From: Pseudodesulfovibrio mercurii
Lineage (GTDB): Bacteria > Desulfobacterota > Desulfovibrionia > Desulfovibrionales > Desulfovibrionaceae
Direction of reading: 5' to 3'
Assembly (NCBI RefSeq): GCF_000189295.2
Contig: NC_016803.1
Location: 2,460,001-2,492,000, forward strand
Length of the DNA stretch: 32,000 nt
A program made the position numbers and the translations under genes. Below the pieces are notes generated by a model, which did no database searches, was not told where the DNA came from, and was given only the letters and a program-made list of their open reading frames with translations. Shown one piece after another: positions 1 to 9,874 of this stretch; position 1 is the first letter of the stretch, and each line of letters starts with the position of its first letter.

Positions 1-1090
1 ATCCCAGAAGCACGCTCTGGTCCATCGGGGAGATCACCCGGACCAGCCAATAGCCGAGCCACAGGGCCACCAGGACGTTGGACAGGACGGCGGTCAGGAA
101 AAAGCCCTTGCGGCGGCAGATGAACAGGAGGCCGCCGTGCAGCAGGATGAGATAGCCGAAGAAGACCACGGGGGACGGCGAGGCCCGGCCCACGAGCAGG
201 GGGGCCGCGAAACCGCCCGCCATGCCGAGCAGGGCGATGGGTTCGCCCATGAGCAGGGATTCGAGCACGGCCCCGGCGGTGACCGCGGCCAGGCCCAGGA
301 AGCCGAGCCACAGCGGGATGAGGCCGTAGAGCACGGAGGCGGCATAGAGCGTGCCGTACAGGATGGCCAGCCCGGCACCGGCCAGGGACATGGCCATGCG
401 CTCGCGGTCCACCACGCCTTCGCGGTGGTACAGGTTGAGTCCGGCCGCCTGGAGCGCCGCGCCGAACACTCCGCCCAGGATGCACCGGCCCAGGGGGCCG
501 AGCAGCCCCTGCTCGATGGAATACTTGACGAGAAAGATTCCGGCCAGGATCAGGGCGGCCCCGCCCAGCCAGACCGGCAGCCGGGCGCCCAGCCGCCACT
601 CCATGCCGCGCGCCGGGGTGGCGTCTTCCGGCACCTCGCCGCCAACGGGCGCGGGCTCGACGGGCGTGGGCTCGAAAGGCGAGGTCGCGGGTTCGGCCGC
701 CCGGCGGGCCATGGCTTCGCCGCCCGCTCCGGCTTGGGGCTCGGGCACGGGCGCAACCAGGGGCTCCGGTTTCGGCTCAGGCACGGGCACGGCCTGGGGC
801 TCCGGCTCGGGCGCGGGCGTCCAGGCGGGGGAGGCCTCATAGGTGAAGTCGGCCGCTGGTTTCCGGGCAGGTTCGACCGGGGTCTCGTCCGGGGCCTCGT
901 CCGGCTCGGGCGCGGGCGGGCGCTCCCCGTCCCGCCGGGCGGCGGCGAGCCGGGACAGTTCCTTTTCCAGGGACCCCAGCCGGGTGACCAGCGCCTCCAT
1001 GCGGGCCGACTGCCCCTTGACCTTGACCAGACAATAAATGGGAAGAACGATGGAAACCGCCACCCAACCGAGACCGATAAGCAAGAGCAT
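1..1090 (-). CDS. DUF2339-type polytopic membrane protein, N-terminal ~363 codons (3' end lies beyond window start)
   Basis: Absent from the ORF track because the frame is open to the window edge. Reverse-strand ATG at 1088-1090, with GGGAGG about 12 nt upstream. Translation begins MLLLIGLGWVAVSIVLPIYCLVKVKGQSARMEALVTRLGSLEKELSRL (TM helix plus coiled coil). A Pro/Glu-rich linker follows (PAPEPDEAPDETPVEP...PVPEPKPEPLVAPVPEPQ). Repeated TM segments then follow (WRLGARLPVWLGGAALILAGIFLVKYSIEQGLLGP...LAGAGLAILYGTLYAASVLYGLIP...). No stop occurs down to base 1, and GC3 bias is strong in this frame. The layout matches DUF2339 proteins as I know them. Confidence 0.7.
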   Translation of the reverse strand, partial: MLLLIGLGWVAVSIVLPIYCLVKVKGQSARMEALVTRLGSLEKELSRLAAARRDGERPPAPEPDEAPDETPVEPARKPAADFTYEASPAWTPAPEPEPQAVPVPEPKPEPLVAPVPEPQAGAGGEAMARRAAEPATSPFEPTPVEPAPVGGEVPEDATPARGMEWRLGARLPVWLGGAALILAGIFLVKYSIEQGLLGPLGRCILGGVFGAALQAAGLNLYHREGVVDRERMAMSLAGAGLAILYGTLYAASVLYGLIPLWLGFLGLAAVTAGAVLESLLMGEPIALLGMAGGFAAPLLVGRASPSPVVFFGYLILLHGGLLFICRRKGFFLTAVLSNVLVALWLGYWLVRVISPMDQSVLLG

Positions 1091-1390
1091 CTCCAAGGAA
1101 CGCCTCCCGGCAAGCCATATACGCAGCATCCGTTATCTAGCAAAAACAAGAAGCTACAGCAACCTTTCAGGATGACGGGATAAACCAACGGCGCCCCTGC
1201 CGCTGAAAGGACCTTTACAAGCCGTCGGGTTCGATGTTTGTATCCCCCCGGCCCATTCTCCTTCCTTGGTCGTTCGCCAGGCCGTTCGCGCCGCCCGCTG
1301 AAGCTTCAAGAAGAGAACCGTTGACAATCCCCAGCCGCGCGGAGCCCGACAGGCCCTTGCGGCGTTCATGAATTTGGAGAACCATCGCAA

Positions 1391-2668
1391 ATGGACGAGA
1401 ACACGGAGACCATGCGCCCGGGCGACGGACCGGCGGACCGGGACGACGCCCGGCCCCGGCAAGAGCGTCACGGGCGTTTCCTCATGATCCTGGCCTTTTT
1501 CGCGCTGTCCGTGAACATGCGGGCGGCCATCACCTCCCTGCCGCCCATCATCCAGGAGCTGCGGGCCCTGTTCGACATCTCCGGCGGCTTCGCCGGATTC
1601 CTGACCTCCATCCCCGTGCTCTGCTTCGGCCTGCTGACCCCGCTCGTGGGCTATTGCATGAAGGGCATCCGGCTTGAGACCTCCGTCTTCGCCACGCTCA
1701 TGGGGCTTGTGCTGGGGTCGGTGCTGCGTTCCACAGGGGGCATCGGACTGGCCGTGGCCGGGACGGTGGTCATCGGCGTGTCCCTGACCATGGGCAACAT
1801 CGCGGCCCTGCTGGTCATCGGCCGGGAATTTCCGCAGCGCATCGGCGCCATGACCGGGCTCTACGTCTGCGGCATGTCCTGCGGCTCCATGGGCACCATG
1901 GCCCTGACCGCGCCCCTGTCGCACGGCCTGGGCTGGCGATACGCCCTCGCCTTTCCGGCCGCCCTCGCCCTGGTCGGCCTCGGGCTCTGGCTGGCGGTCG
2001 TCGTGGAGCGCCGCAAGGCCGCCTGGACCGACCCCCGGGCCGCCGGGGACACCCCGGCGCAAAAGACCGGACCGGGTGCGTCGCCCGCCCCGTCGGCATC
2101 GGTCCTGCGCCGCCCCCTGGTCTGGCTCCTGTCCTCGTCCTTCGCCGCGCACACCTTCCTGTTCTACGGCCTCACGGCCTGGCTTCCCGTGTACCTGGAA
2201 CAGACCCTGTCCATGACGGACGCCCGGGCCGGGCTGGTCGCGTCCCTGTTCCAGCTGCTGGGCCTGCTGGGCTCCTTCGGCCTCCCGCTGCTGGCCGGGA
2301 CCCAGCGGTTCGCCGACAGGGGGCTGTTTCTGGTGGTGACCCTGGCCTGGCTGCTCACGGCGGCCGGGTTCTGGCTCGCGCCCGCCTGGTGGGTGGTCTG
2401 GGTCCTTTGCGGCGGGGTTTCCTCGGGGGGCGGCTTCACCGTGATCTTCAGCATGATCATGAACCACGCCAAGGACCTGAACGAGAACAGGAGCATGTCC
2501 ACCGTGGTCCAGACGGCGGGCTACATCGTGGCCGCGGCCAGCCCCTTTGCCGTGGGACACCTGCGCGAGGTTTCGGGCGGCTGGCAAAGCGGCATGATCC
2601 TGCTCGTCTGCGCCTCGGTGATCATGATCCTGTGCGGCCTGGCGGCCACCCGGCCGAAGAACGCCTGA
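1391..2668 (+). CDS. MFS transporter, CynX/NimT-like
   Basis: 425-aa ORF with about 12 hydrophobic segments. The N-terminal motif LSVNMRAAITSLPPIIQELRALFDIS is typical of the CynX family. GGAGA lies 10 nt upstream of the ATG at 1391. The exact start is uncertain; internal Met codons exist at residues 8 and 32. Confidence 0.85.
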   Translation: MDENTETMRPGDGPADRDDARPRQERHGRFLMILAFFALSVNMRAAITSLPPIIQELRALFDISGGFAGFLTSIPVLCFGLLTPLVGYCMKGIRLETSVFATLMGLVLGSVLRSTGGIGLAVAGTVVIGVSLTMGNIAALLVIGREFPQRIGAMTGLYVCGMSCGSMGTMALTAPLSHGLGWRYALAFPAALALVGLGLWLAVVVERRKAAWTDPRAAGDTPAQKTGPGASPAPSASVLRRPLVWLLSSSFAAHTFLFYGLTAWLPVYLEQTLSMTDARAGLVASLFQLLGLLGSFGLPLLAGTQRFADRGLFLVVTLAWLLTAAGFWLAPAWWVVWVLCGGVSSGGGFTVIFSMIMNHAKDLNENRSMSTVVQTAGYIVAAASPFAVGHLREVSGGWQSGMILLVCASVIMILCGLAATRPKNA

Positions 2669-2703
2669 CCGCGCCCGGCCGGGGAAGCCCGCCGGGACCG
2701 ACG

Positions 2704-2745
2704 AAAAGGCCCCCGCACGGCGTTCCGTGCGGGGGCTTTCGCGTT
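2704..2745. terminator. Bidirectional rho-independent terminator between convergent genes
   Basis: Perfect 12-bp GC stem GCCCCCGCACGG / CCGTGCGGGGGC (2709-2736) with loop CGTT. It is flanked by GAAAAG on the left and TTTCGCGTTTCC on the right, giving a U-rich tail in either orientation. It sits between the stop at 2668 (+) and the stop at 2767 (-). Confidence 0.7.
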
Positions 2746-2766
2746 TCCGGGCCGGGCAAGGCCGGG

Positions 2767-3543
2767 CTATTCGGTCATGTGCAGGTACTGCTGCCGGAGG
2801 TCGGCCATCTCGCCCTTGAGGATCATCTGGTCCATCATGAAATCGACCGTGTCCTGCAACCGCTCGGCCGAGGCGGGCATGAGGTAGCCCAGCTCGGCGC
2901 GGGTGAAGGGGGCGTCGGCCAGGGGGGCGGACAGGTTGGCGTCGGTGGCCGCGTAGTACAGGGCCTCCACGCTGTCGGTGATCATCACGTCCACCTTCTT
3001 GACGGCCACGGCCGGGGGAATGGCCAGGTTGGACTCGAACATGACCACCTCGGCGTTCCTGATGTTGGCCTTGACGAACTTCTCGTTGGTCCCGCCGGGG
3101 TTCACGCCGATGCGCACGCCCTTGACGTCCACGTCGGCCAGGGACTTGAACCGGGCCACGTTGTCCCGGTTCACCAGGATGGTCTTGCCGAACATGACGT
3201 AGCCCTGGGAGAAGCGGGCCTCCTTCTGCCGGGCGATAGTCCGGGTGATGCCGCTCATGCCGATGTCGTACTTGTCGGCCTTGAGGTCGGCCATGAGGGT
3301 CTTCCAGGTGGTCTTGACCAGTTCGAGCTTCAGGCCGAGCCGGTCGGCGAAGCTCTGGGCCACGGCGATGTCGAAACCCTCGTAGGTGCCGTTGTTGTCA
3401 AAGGAAAAGGGTTTGTAGTCCCCGGTGGTGCCGACGCGCAGCGTGCCGCTGGCGACGATGTCGTCGAAGCTGCGGGCCTGGCTGTTGGAAACGGTGCAAA
3501 GCAGCATGAAACACACCAGTAAAGCGCCAAATGTTTTGGTCAT
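2767..3543 (-). CDS. Periplasmic PBP-type-2 (SBP_bac_3) protein, PheC-like (cyclohexadienyl/arogenate dehydratase subfamily) or amino-acid-binding protein
   Basis: I trimmed the 286-aa track ORF to the ATG at 3543, which is preceded by GGAGGAG. The signal peptide reads MTKTFGALLVCFMLLCTVSNSQA|RS. The motifs LRVGTTGDYKPFS, YDIGMSGITRT, GVNPGGTNEKF and MITDSVEA resemble P. aeruginosa PheC as I recall it. No ABC permease or ATPase gene is adjacent. Confidence 0.8.
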   Translation of the reverse strand: MTKTFGALLVCFMLLCTVSNSQARSFDDIVASGTLRVGTTGDYKPFSFDNNGTYEGFDIAVAQSFADRLGLKLELVKTTWKTLMADLKADKYDIGMSGITRTIARQKEARFSQGYVMFGKTILVNRDNVARFKSLADVDVKGVRIGVNPGGTNEKFVKANIRNAEVVMFESNLAIPPAVAVKKVDVMITDSVEALYYAATDANLSAPLADAPFTRAELGYLMPASAERLQDTVDFMMDQMILKGEMADLRQQYLHMTE

Positions 3544-3695
3544 GGGAGCACTCTCCTCCATGGATTGAAGCGAACCGTCGGGGCCGCCGCTCCCCCTTGC
3601 CGGGGCGCGCGCGGCGGGGCATGTCACTGCCTACGCCATTTCCCGCCCACTGGCAAAAAATAGATGCGTTTTGCCGGGTGCCCGAACGCGCCGGG

Positions 3696-4685
3696 TCAGG
3701 CGGTCTCGAGCCCCATCAGCTTCCTGCCCCTGTCGCGGATGCGCGAATAGACGAGGTCGAACAGCTTGGCCAGGATGAAGGCCACGACCACGATCAGGGC
3801 CACCTTGAGGTAGGGGTTCAGGTCCAGGGGCCGGATCACGTGGAGGACCTTGAAGTGGATGGCGTAGACCGGCAGCGACAGGAGGGACAGCCCCTTGGCC
3901 GCGGCCGCCAGGGGGGCGTCGGCGGACAGCCGGTTGGCGAGCAGGGTCGCATAAAACAGGGCCAGGACGGTCAGCAGGTTCACGTGCATGGCCAGCAGGC
4001 GGACCAGGTCCACGGACGACCGGCCCAGGGCGTGGTGGACCGCCATGCACAGGACGAACAGGGCGGCCCCGGCCGCGCAGGCCGCCGCGCCGGGCGCGCG
4101 GAACCGGCCGCGCTGCATGAGCCGGGCCACGAGCATGCCGGACACGAAGTTCATCCAGGCCGAGACCGGGAAAAAGGCCTGGGCGGGCGAGGTGCCGGGA
4201 TTCAGCGGCACGGCGTGCAGGGCGAGGAGCACGCAGGGCACGGTCATCAGCCCGGCCAGCAGCCAGCCCAGGGCGCGGAACGACAGCCGCTGCAGGGGCC
4301 AGAAGACCAGGTAGAGGACCACGAGGTTGGTGAAGAAGTTGCCCTTCTGCGCGAGGCTGTGCGGAATGAGCAGGTTGTACAGGATGTCCCAGGTCTTGGC
4401 CGGGTTCAGCTCCACCAGGGCGAAGAGGATGACGATGGGCAGGAGCAGGTTGAAGAAGCGCTTCTTGAGCCAGGTCAGGTAGGACAGGTTGACGGAGCGG
4501 CTCAGGGACAGCCCCACGGCGGAGACGAAATAGAACAGCGAATTGCCGAGGTAGCCGCCCATGGCCATGGACGCGCGCGGATAGACCTCGCCCATGTGGG
4601 CGTTGACGATGAGCAGGATGGCGACCAGCCGCAGCAGATAGAGATTGACGTATTCCACCTTGGCGGGTCGGGTCGAGGAATCCAT
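3696..4685 (-). CDS. Acyltransferase family 3 (OafA/YrhL-like) integral membrane protein
   Basis: 329-aa ORF with about 10 hydrophobic segments. The N-terminal motif YLLRLVAILLIVNAHMGE fits the usual acyltransferase-3 pattern (conserved His in TM1). A GGAG lies a few nt upstream of the ATG at 4685. Confidence 0.8.
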   Translation of the reverse strand: MDSSTRPAKVEYVNLYLLRLVAILLIVNAHMGEVYPRASMAMGGYLGNSLFYFVSAVGLSLSRSVNLSYLTWLKKRFFNLLLPIVILFALVELNPAKTWDILYNLLIPHSLAQKGNFFTNLVVLYLVFWPLQRLSFRALGWLLAGLMTVPCVLLALHAVPLNPGTSPAQAFFPVSAWMNFVSGMLVARLMQRGRFRAPGAAACAAGAALFVLCMAVHHALGRSSVDLVRLLAMHVNLLTVLALFYATLLANRLSADAPLAAAAKGLSLLSLPVYAIHFKVLHVIRPLDLNPYLKVALIVVVAFILAKLFDLVYSRIRDRGRKLMGLETA

Positions 4686-4914
4686 GATCGCTCCGGAACG
4701 CTTTGGGTTGCTGCCGGGCGGCGCCTTGCGCCGGACACCCCCCGCCCGTCATCGCCGCCTGGCCGGGCGGCAACGGGTCCGCGCGGGGAGCCCCGCCAGG
4801 TTCTCAAAGGGAACAAGCTTGTTAGGGGTCACACCTTCGCCCCAGACATAGTCGTTTTCCGCAACATTGGAAAGCGAATATTGCCGTCTGCCCGTGCCTG
4901 CGCCCCCCGGCCGG

Positions 4915-6054
4915 TCAGTGCAGGGAGCTGATCATCCGGCGCAGCCGGTGGTGGGCGAACCAGAAGAAGAAGGTGCCGATGGAGGCCATGCCCAGGAAGT
5001 CGGGCCAGATGACCGAGGGGCCGGCGCCCCGGAAGAGGATGGCCTGGGCCAGGGAGACGTAGTGGGTGGTCGGGGCCAGGGACATGATCCACTGGATGGC
5101 CTGGGGCATGCTCTCGCGCGGGGTGGTGCCGCCGGACAGGATCTCCAGGGGCAGGAGGACCAGGATGGCCAGCAGGCCGAACTGGGGCATAGTCCGGGCC
5201 AGGGTGGCCATGTAGATGCCGATGGAGGCCGCGGCGAACAGGTAGAGCAGGGTGCAGCAGGCGAAGAGCAGGGTCGAGCCGTTCAGGGTCACGCCGAGCA
5301 CGCCCTGGACCATGACGTGCAGGGACAGGGACGAGACCACCAGGACCACCAAGCCCATGGACCAGACCTTGGAGATCATGATCTCCAGCGGGGTCACGGG
5401 CATGACCAGGAGGTGCTCGATGGTCCCGTGCTCGTTCTCGCGGATGAGCGCCGCCCCGGTCAGCAGGATGCCCAGCAGGGTGATGTTGTTGACGATGGAG
5501 TTGATGGCCGCGAACCAGAACTGGCTGACGTTGGGATTGAAGAAGACCCGGATGTTCAGACCGATGGGCGAGGCCGCCGAGGACTGGTGGCGCTGCGCGT
5601 AGGCCCGGATCTCCCCGTCCACGATGTTCTGCAGGTAGCTGGTCCCGGTCTGGGCCTGGGACAGCCGCGTGGCGTCCACGTTGAGTTGCAGGTCCGGGGC
5701 GCGCCCGGCCATGACGTCGCGCTGGAAGTCGGGCGGGATGTCCAGGACGAAGGTGTATTGCCCGGAGTCCATGCCCTTGTCCATCTCGGCCAGGTCGATG
5801 CGCTCGGGGGGCATGAACTGCGGCGGGTGCAGGGCGGCGATGATCCGGGAGGACAGCTGGGAACGGTCCTCGTCCACCACGGCCACGGTGGCCCGGTTCA
5901 GGGACTCGGGCTTGGCCCTGGCGTCGGCGTAGACCGTGCCCGTGAACATGAACAGGATCAGGAAGAGCATGGCCTTGTCGTAGAGCAGGCTGCGGAACTC
6001 CTTGATCCCCAGGGAGAAGATGTTGGACAGGCTGCCCAGGAACGCGCTTCCCAT
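4915..6054 (-). CDS. ABC-2 type transporter permease (YhhJ/YbhR-like)
   Basis: 379 aa with an N-terminal TM, a large extracytoplasmic loop and then 5 C-terminal TMs. This is the typical ABC-2 topology. The ATG at 6054 lies 2 nt after the upstream TAG stop (6057-6059), so it is translationally coupled. Confidence 0.85.
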   Translation of the reverse strand: MGSAFLGSLSNIFSLGIKEFRSLLYDKAMLFLILFMFTGTVYADARAKPESLNRATVAVVDEDRSQLSSRIIAALHPPQFMPPERIDLAEMDKGMDSGQYTFVLDIPPDFQRDVMAGRAPDLQLNVDATRLSQAQTGTSYLQNIVDGEIRAYAQRHQSSAASPIGLNIRVFFNPNVSQFWFAAINSIVNNITLLGILLTGAALIRENEHGTIEHLLVMPVTPLEIMISKVWSMGLVVLVVSSLSLHVMVQGVLGVTLNGSTLLFACCTLLYLFAAASIGIYMATLARTMPQFGLLAILVLLPLEILSGGTTPRESMPQAIQWIMSLAPTTHYVSLAQAILFRGAGPSVIWPDFLGMASIGTFFFWFAHHRLRRMISSLH

Positions 6055-6056
6055 GG

Positions 6057-8798
6057 CTAGGCCCCCTGCTTTCTGAGCATGAGCACGCTCAGGATGGTGG
6101 TCACGGGGATGGCCGCCAGCAGCGGCCAGAAGAATCCGGCGAGGCTGGCCAGCCCCAGCCCCTTGGAAAAGGTCCCCTCGCTGATGAGCAGGTAGTAGGT
6201 GGTCGGGTACAGGGAGCCGATGATCCGGCCCGTGCCCTCCAGGGTGGAGACCGGGTCGATGAGCCCGGAGAACTGGATGGCCGGGAGCAGGGTGAAGATG
6301 GCCGTGCCCGCGATGGCCGCCACCTGGCTGGAGGTCAGGGTGGAGGCGAGCAGCCCCAGGCCGGTGGTGGCCACCACGTAGACCAGCGCGCCCGCCGCCA
6401 GGGCGGGCAGGCTGCCGGTGAAGGGCACCCGGAACAGGAACACGGCCATGAGGAACAGGAACGCGAAGTTGATCAGCGAGAGCGCGATGTAGGGCAGCTG
6501 CTTGCCCACCAGGAACTCGAACTTGGTCACCGGCGTGGTGTAGACGTTGAGAATGGAGCCCATTTCCTTCTCGCGGACCACGCCCAGCGCGGTGAGCATG
6601 GCCGGGATGAAGACCAGGAGCAGGGGGATGACCTTGGGGACCATGGCGATGATGCTCTTCATCTCCGGGTTGTAGCGGTAGCGCACGGGCATGCCGTAGA
6701 GGGAGCCCGATCCGCCCGTCCGGGCGGCCAGCCGGGACAGGGCCTGGTTGTGCACGCCCTGGACGTAGCCCCGGGCGATCTCGGCCCGGCTGGGCATGGC
6801 CCCGTCGATCCAGGCCCCGACCTCGGGCGCGTCGCCCCGGTCCAGGTCCCGGCCGAAGTCCGGCGGGGTCTGGATGACCACGGACAGTTCGCCCGCGACC
6901 ATGCGCCGGTCCATGTCGGACGGACTCGAAACCGGCGGCCGGACCGAGAAATAGCGCGACCCCTCGTACTCCAGGATGTAGCTCTGGCTGGCCGTGGTCT
7001 GGTCCTGGTCCAGGGCGGCGAAGGACAGGTTGTTCACGTCCAGGTTGACCCCGTAGCCGATGACCAGCATGAGCAGGAGCGTGCCGAACAGGGCCATGCC
7101 CAGCCGGATGGGATCGCGCTTGAGCTCCATGGACTCGCGGATGGTGAAGCTGAACAGCCGGGCCGGGCTGAACCGGGGATGGGCCACCCCGCGCCCGGCC
7201 CGCTCTCCGGCGGCGAAGGTCCCCTGCCCGGCCGGGGCTTCGCCGGTCTCGCCCGAGGCGTCCTCGAGGTAGCCGATGAAGGCCTCCTCCAGGGTGGCGG
7301 CCCCCCGCTTCTCCTTAAGGGCGCGCGGGGTGTCCGTGTCCAGGATGCGGCCCGCGTGCATCAGGGCGACGCGGTCGCAGCGCAGGGCCTCGTTCATGAA
7401 ATGGGTGGAGATGAAGATGGTCACCCCGTCCTGGCGCGACAGGTCGATGATCAGCTCCCAGAAGCGGTCGCGGGCCACGGGGTCCACGCCCGAGGTGGGC
7501 TCGTCCAGGATGAGCACGTCGGGCCGGTGGATCACGGCCACGGCCAGTTGCAGCCGCTGCCGGATGCCCAGCGGCAGGTCGTCGGGCCGGTCGTCGGCGA
7601 AGCGCTTGAGGCCGAAGCGCTCCTCGAGCCGTTCGATGCGTTCGCGGGCCAGGTCCGGGGTGAGGTGGAAGAGTTTGGCGTGGAGCTCCAGGTTGCGGCG
7701 CACGGTCAGCTCGCCGTACAGGGAAAAGGCCTGGGACATGTACCCCACGCGCCGCCGGGTGGCCATGTTCCGGGCGTCCAGTTTGCGGCCCAGGAGTCGG
7801 GCCTCGCCCCGTGTCGGTTCGAGCAGGCCGGTGAGCATCTTCATGGTCGTGGACTTGCCGCACCCGTTGGAGCCGATGAAGCCGAATATCTCGCCCCGGT
7901 CCACGGACAGGTTGACGTCGTCCACGGCGGTGAAACTGCCGAAGCGCATGGTCAGCCCCTCGGCCTCGATGACCGTGTCGCCCTTGTGCAGGGGCGGGAT
8001 GGTCAGTTCGTGGTGGCCGCGCCTGCGGTCCTCGGGCAGCAGGGCCAGGAAGGCCCCCTCCAGGGAGCTCGCCCCGGTGCGCTCGCGCAGCTCGGCCGGG
8101 CTGCCCTCGGCCAGCTTTTTGCCGTCGTCCACGGCCACCAGCCAGTCGAAGCGCTCGGCCTCCTCCATGTAGGCGGTGGCGATGAGCACGCTCATGGACG
8201 GCCGCCCGGACCGGATGCGCTCGATGAGCTCCCAGAACTGGCGGCGCGAGAGCGGGTCCACGCCGGTGGTGGGCTCGTCCAGGATGAGCAGGTCCGGGTC
8301 GTGGACCAGGGCGCAGCACAGGCTGAGCTTCTGCTTCATGCCGCCGGACAGCTTGCGCGCGGGCCGGTCCGCGAAGTCGCTCATGCCGGTGCTGCGGAGC
8401 AGGTCCCGGATGCGCCGGTCGCGCTCGGACCGGGACTGGCCGAACAACCGGCCGAAAAAGTCGATGTTCTCGCGTACGGACAGGGTCGGGTACAGGTTTT
8501 TGCCCAACCCCTGGGGCATATAGGCGATGCGAGGGAAGAGGCGTTCGCGGTGGCGCTTGTCGCGCATGTCCCCGCCCAGGACCATGACCTCGCCGGCCTG
8601 TATCCTGCGCGCCCCGGCCATGAGCCCGAGCCAGGTGGACTTGCCCACCCCGTCCGGGCCGATGAAGCCGACCATCCTCCCGGCGGGCAGCTCCAGGGAG
8701 ACGTCGGCCGCGGCCAGGGTGCGGCCGTAGCGGTGGGTCACGCCGGTCAGCCGGACCACGGGGTCCGGCCGGGAGGGCGTCTCCGGTTCCGGGATCAC
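6057..8798 (-). CDS. rbbA: Fused double ABC ATPase plus ABC-2 permease, RbbA/YhiH-like
   Basis: The real start is GTG at 8796-8798, overlapping the hlyD-family stop TGA (8795-8797) as GTGA. The 913-aa product has two Walker A sites ([24 protein letters not shown]). It has two signature motifs ([18 protein letters not shown]) and a C-terminal 6-TM ABC-2 domain. The N-terminal ~400 aa of the 1311-aa track ORF are Arg/Gly/Pro-rich read-through in an alternate frame of the hlyD-family gene. Confidence 0.85.
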   Translation of the reverse strand: MIPEPETPSRPDPVVRLTGVTHRYGRTLAAADVSLELPAGRMVGFIGPDGVGKSTWLGLMAGARRIQAGEVMVLGGDMRDKRHRERLFPRIAYMPQGLGKNLYPTLSVRENIDFFGRLFGQSRSERDRRIRDLLRSTGMSDFADRPARKLSGGMKQKLSLCCALVHDPDLLILDEPTTGVDPLSRRQFWELIERIRSGRPSMSVLIATAYMEEAERFDWLVAVDDGKKLAEGSPAELRERTGASSLEGAFLALLPEDRRRGHHELTIPPLHKGDTVIEAEGLTMRFGSFTAVDDVNLSVDRGEIFGFIGSNGCGKSTTMKMLTGLLEPTRGEARLLGRKLDARNMATRRRVGYMSQAFSLYGELTVRRNLELHAKLFHLTPDLARERIERLEERFGLKRFADDRPDDLPLGIRQRLQLAVAVIHRPDVLILDEPTSGVDPVARDRFWELIIDLSRQDGVTIFISTHFMNEALRCDRVALMHAGRILDTDTPRALKEKRGAATLEEAFIGYLEDASGETGEAPAGQGTFAAGERAGRGVAHPRFSPARLFSFTIRESMELKRDPIRLGMALFGTLLLMLVIGYGVNLDVNNLSFAALDQDQTTASQSYILEYEGSRYFSVRPPVSSPSDMDRRMVAGELSVVIQTPPDFGRDLDRGDAPEVGAWIDGAMPSRAEIARGYVQGVHNQALSRLAARTGGSGSLYGMPVRYRYNPEMKSIIAMVPKVIPLLLVFIPAMLTALGVVREKEMGSILNVYTTPVTKFEFLVGKQLPYIALSLINFAFLFLMAVFLFRVPFTGSLPALAAGALVYVVATTGLGLLASTLTSSQVAAIAGTAIFTLLPAIQFSGLIDPVSTLEGTGRIIGSLYPTTYYLLISEGTFSKGLGLASLAGFFWPLLAAIPVTTILSVLMLRKQGA

Positions 8799-9874
8799 TT
8801 CTTCTCCTCCGGGAGATGCACGGCCAGCCGGTCGGGCCAGGCCTTGGTCTGGTCCAGGCGGACGTAGGCCACGCCGGGCAGGCCGGTCTTGACGTACCGG
8901 GCGTAGCGCCGGAGCAGCTCGGGCTCGATGCGCGCCTTGATGCGGAACATGAGCTTCTGGCGCTCGTCGCTGGTCTCCACGCTCTTGGGCGTGAACTGGG
9001 CCACGCTGGCCACGAACGAGATATTGGCCGGGATGACGTACTCCGGCGCGGCGTCCAGGACCACGCGGGCCTCGCCGCCCATGGCGGTCCGCCCCGCCTG
9101 GACCTCGGGCAGGAAGAAGGTCATGTACACGTCGCTCAGGTCCACCAGGCTGACCACCTTGCCGCCCGCCGCGACCACCTCGCCGGGCTCGACCACGCGG
9201 TACTGGACCCGGCCCGGCTTGGGCGCGCGCAGCACGCCGTCCTCGAGGACCTGCTTCAGCCGGTCGACCACGGCCTGGGCCGCCTTGATATTGGCCTGGG
9301 CCTGGGCCACCAGGGCCTTGGACGCCTCGGCGGCCGCCTCGGCCGCCTTGACCTGGGCCCGGGCCGCGCGCCAGGCGGCCTGGGCGGTCTGCAGGTCGCC
9401 GCGGCTGTTGTCCGCATCCTGCTGGGAGACCACCCCGCTCCTGACCAGGGTCTGGATGCGCTTGTCGCTCTTGCGGGCCACGTCCAGCTGGCTCTTCTGG
9501 CGGGCCAGGTCGGCCTGGGCCGTGGCCACCTCGGCCTGGCGCTGGTAGACCTGGGCCCTGGCCGTTTCCAGGGCGCTTCCGGCCTTGGCCAGGTCGGCCT
9601 CGGCCTCGGCCACCTGGGCCTTTTCGGTCTGCATGTCCATGCGCGCGACCACGTCGCCCGCCTGCACGTAGTCGCCCTCGTCCGCCAGGACCTCGGCCAC
9701 CTTGCCGCCCCACTTGGCGGCCACGTCGATCTCGGTGGCCTCGATGCGGCCGTTGCCCTCGGCGAATCCCTCCTCGAGGGTGTTCAGGTTGAGCCAGTAC
9801 CAGGCCCCGGCCCCGCCGCCCAGGACGATCAGTATGACGATGCCCGTCAGCCACGGGCCGAACTTGCGCTTCAT
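8795..9874 (-). CDS. HlyD-family membrane fusion / secretion adaptor protein
   Basis: I trimmed to the ATG at 9874, which forms an ATGA overlap with the tetR stop at 9871-9873. The N-terminal anchor reads [27 protein letters not shown]. Long Ala/Gln-rich coiled coils and a C-terminal beta-barrel region follow, typical of the HlyD/YhiI family. Confidence 0.85.
   Translation of the reverse strand: MKRKFGPWLTGIVILIVLGGGAGAWYWLNLNTLEEGFAEGNGRIEATEIDVAAKWGGKVAEVLADEGDYVQAGDVVARMDMQTEKAQVAEAEADLAKAGSALETARAQVYQRQAEVATAQADLARQKSQLDVARKSDKRIQTLVRSGVVSQQDADNSRGDLQTAQAAWRAARAQVKAAEAAAEASKALVAQAQANIKAAQAVVDRLKQVLEDGVLRAPKPGRVQYRVVEPGEVVAAGGKVVSLVDLSDVYMTFFLPEVQAGRTAMGGEARVVLDAAPEYVIPANISFVASVAQFTPKSVETSDERQKLMFRIKARIEPELLRRYARYVKTGLPGVAYVRLDQTKAWPDRLAVHLPEEKK

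Noticed and set aside
1161-1208. The inverted repeat CCTTTCAG-N32-CTGAAAGG in the DUF2339/MFS divergent region, considered as a possible riboswitch or RNA element.
   Set aside because: It is only an 8-bp stem with a large, unstructured-looking loop. I recognised no riboswitch core motif, and it is compatible with chance.
3652-3675. The hairpin GGCAAAA-N10-TTTTGCC downstream of the acyltransferase gene, considered as a terminator.
   Set aside because: The stem is AT-rich and only 7 bp, with a 10-nt loop and no U-tract after the 3' arm on the minus strand. That is too weak to call.
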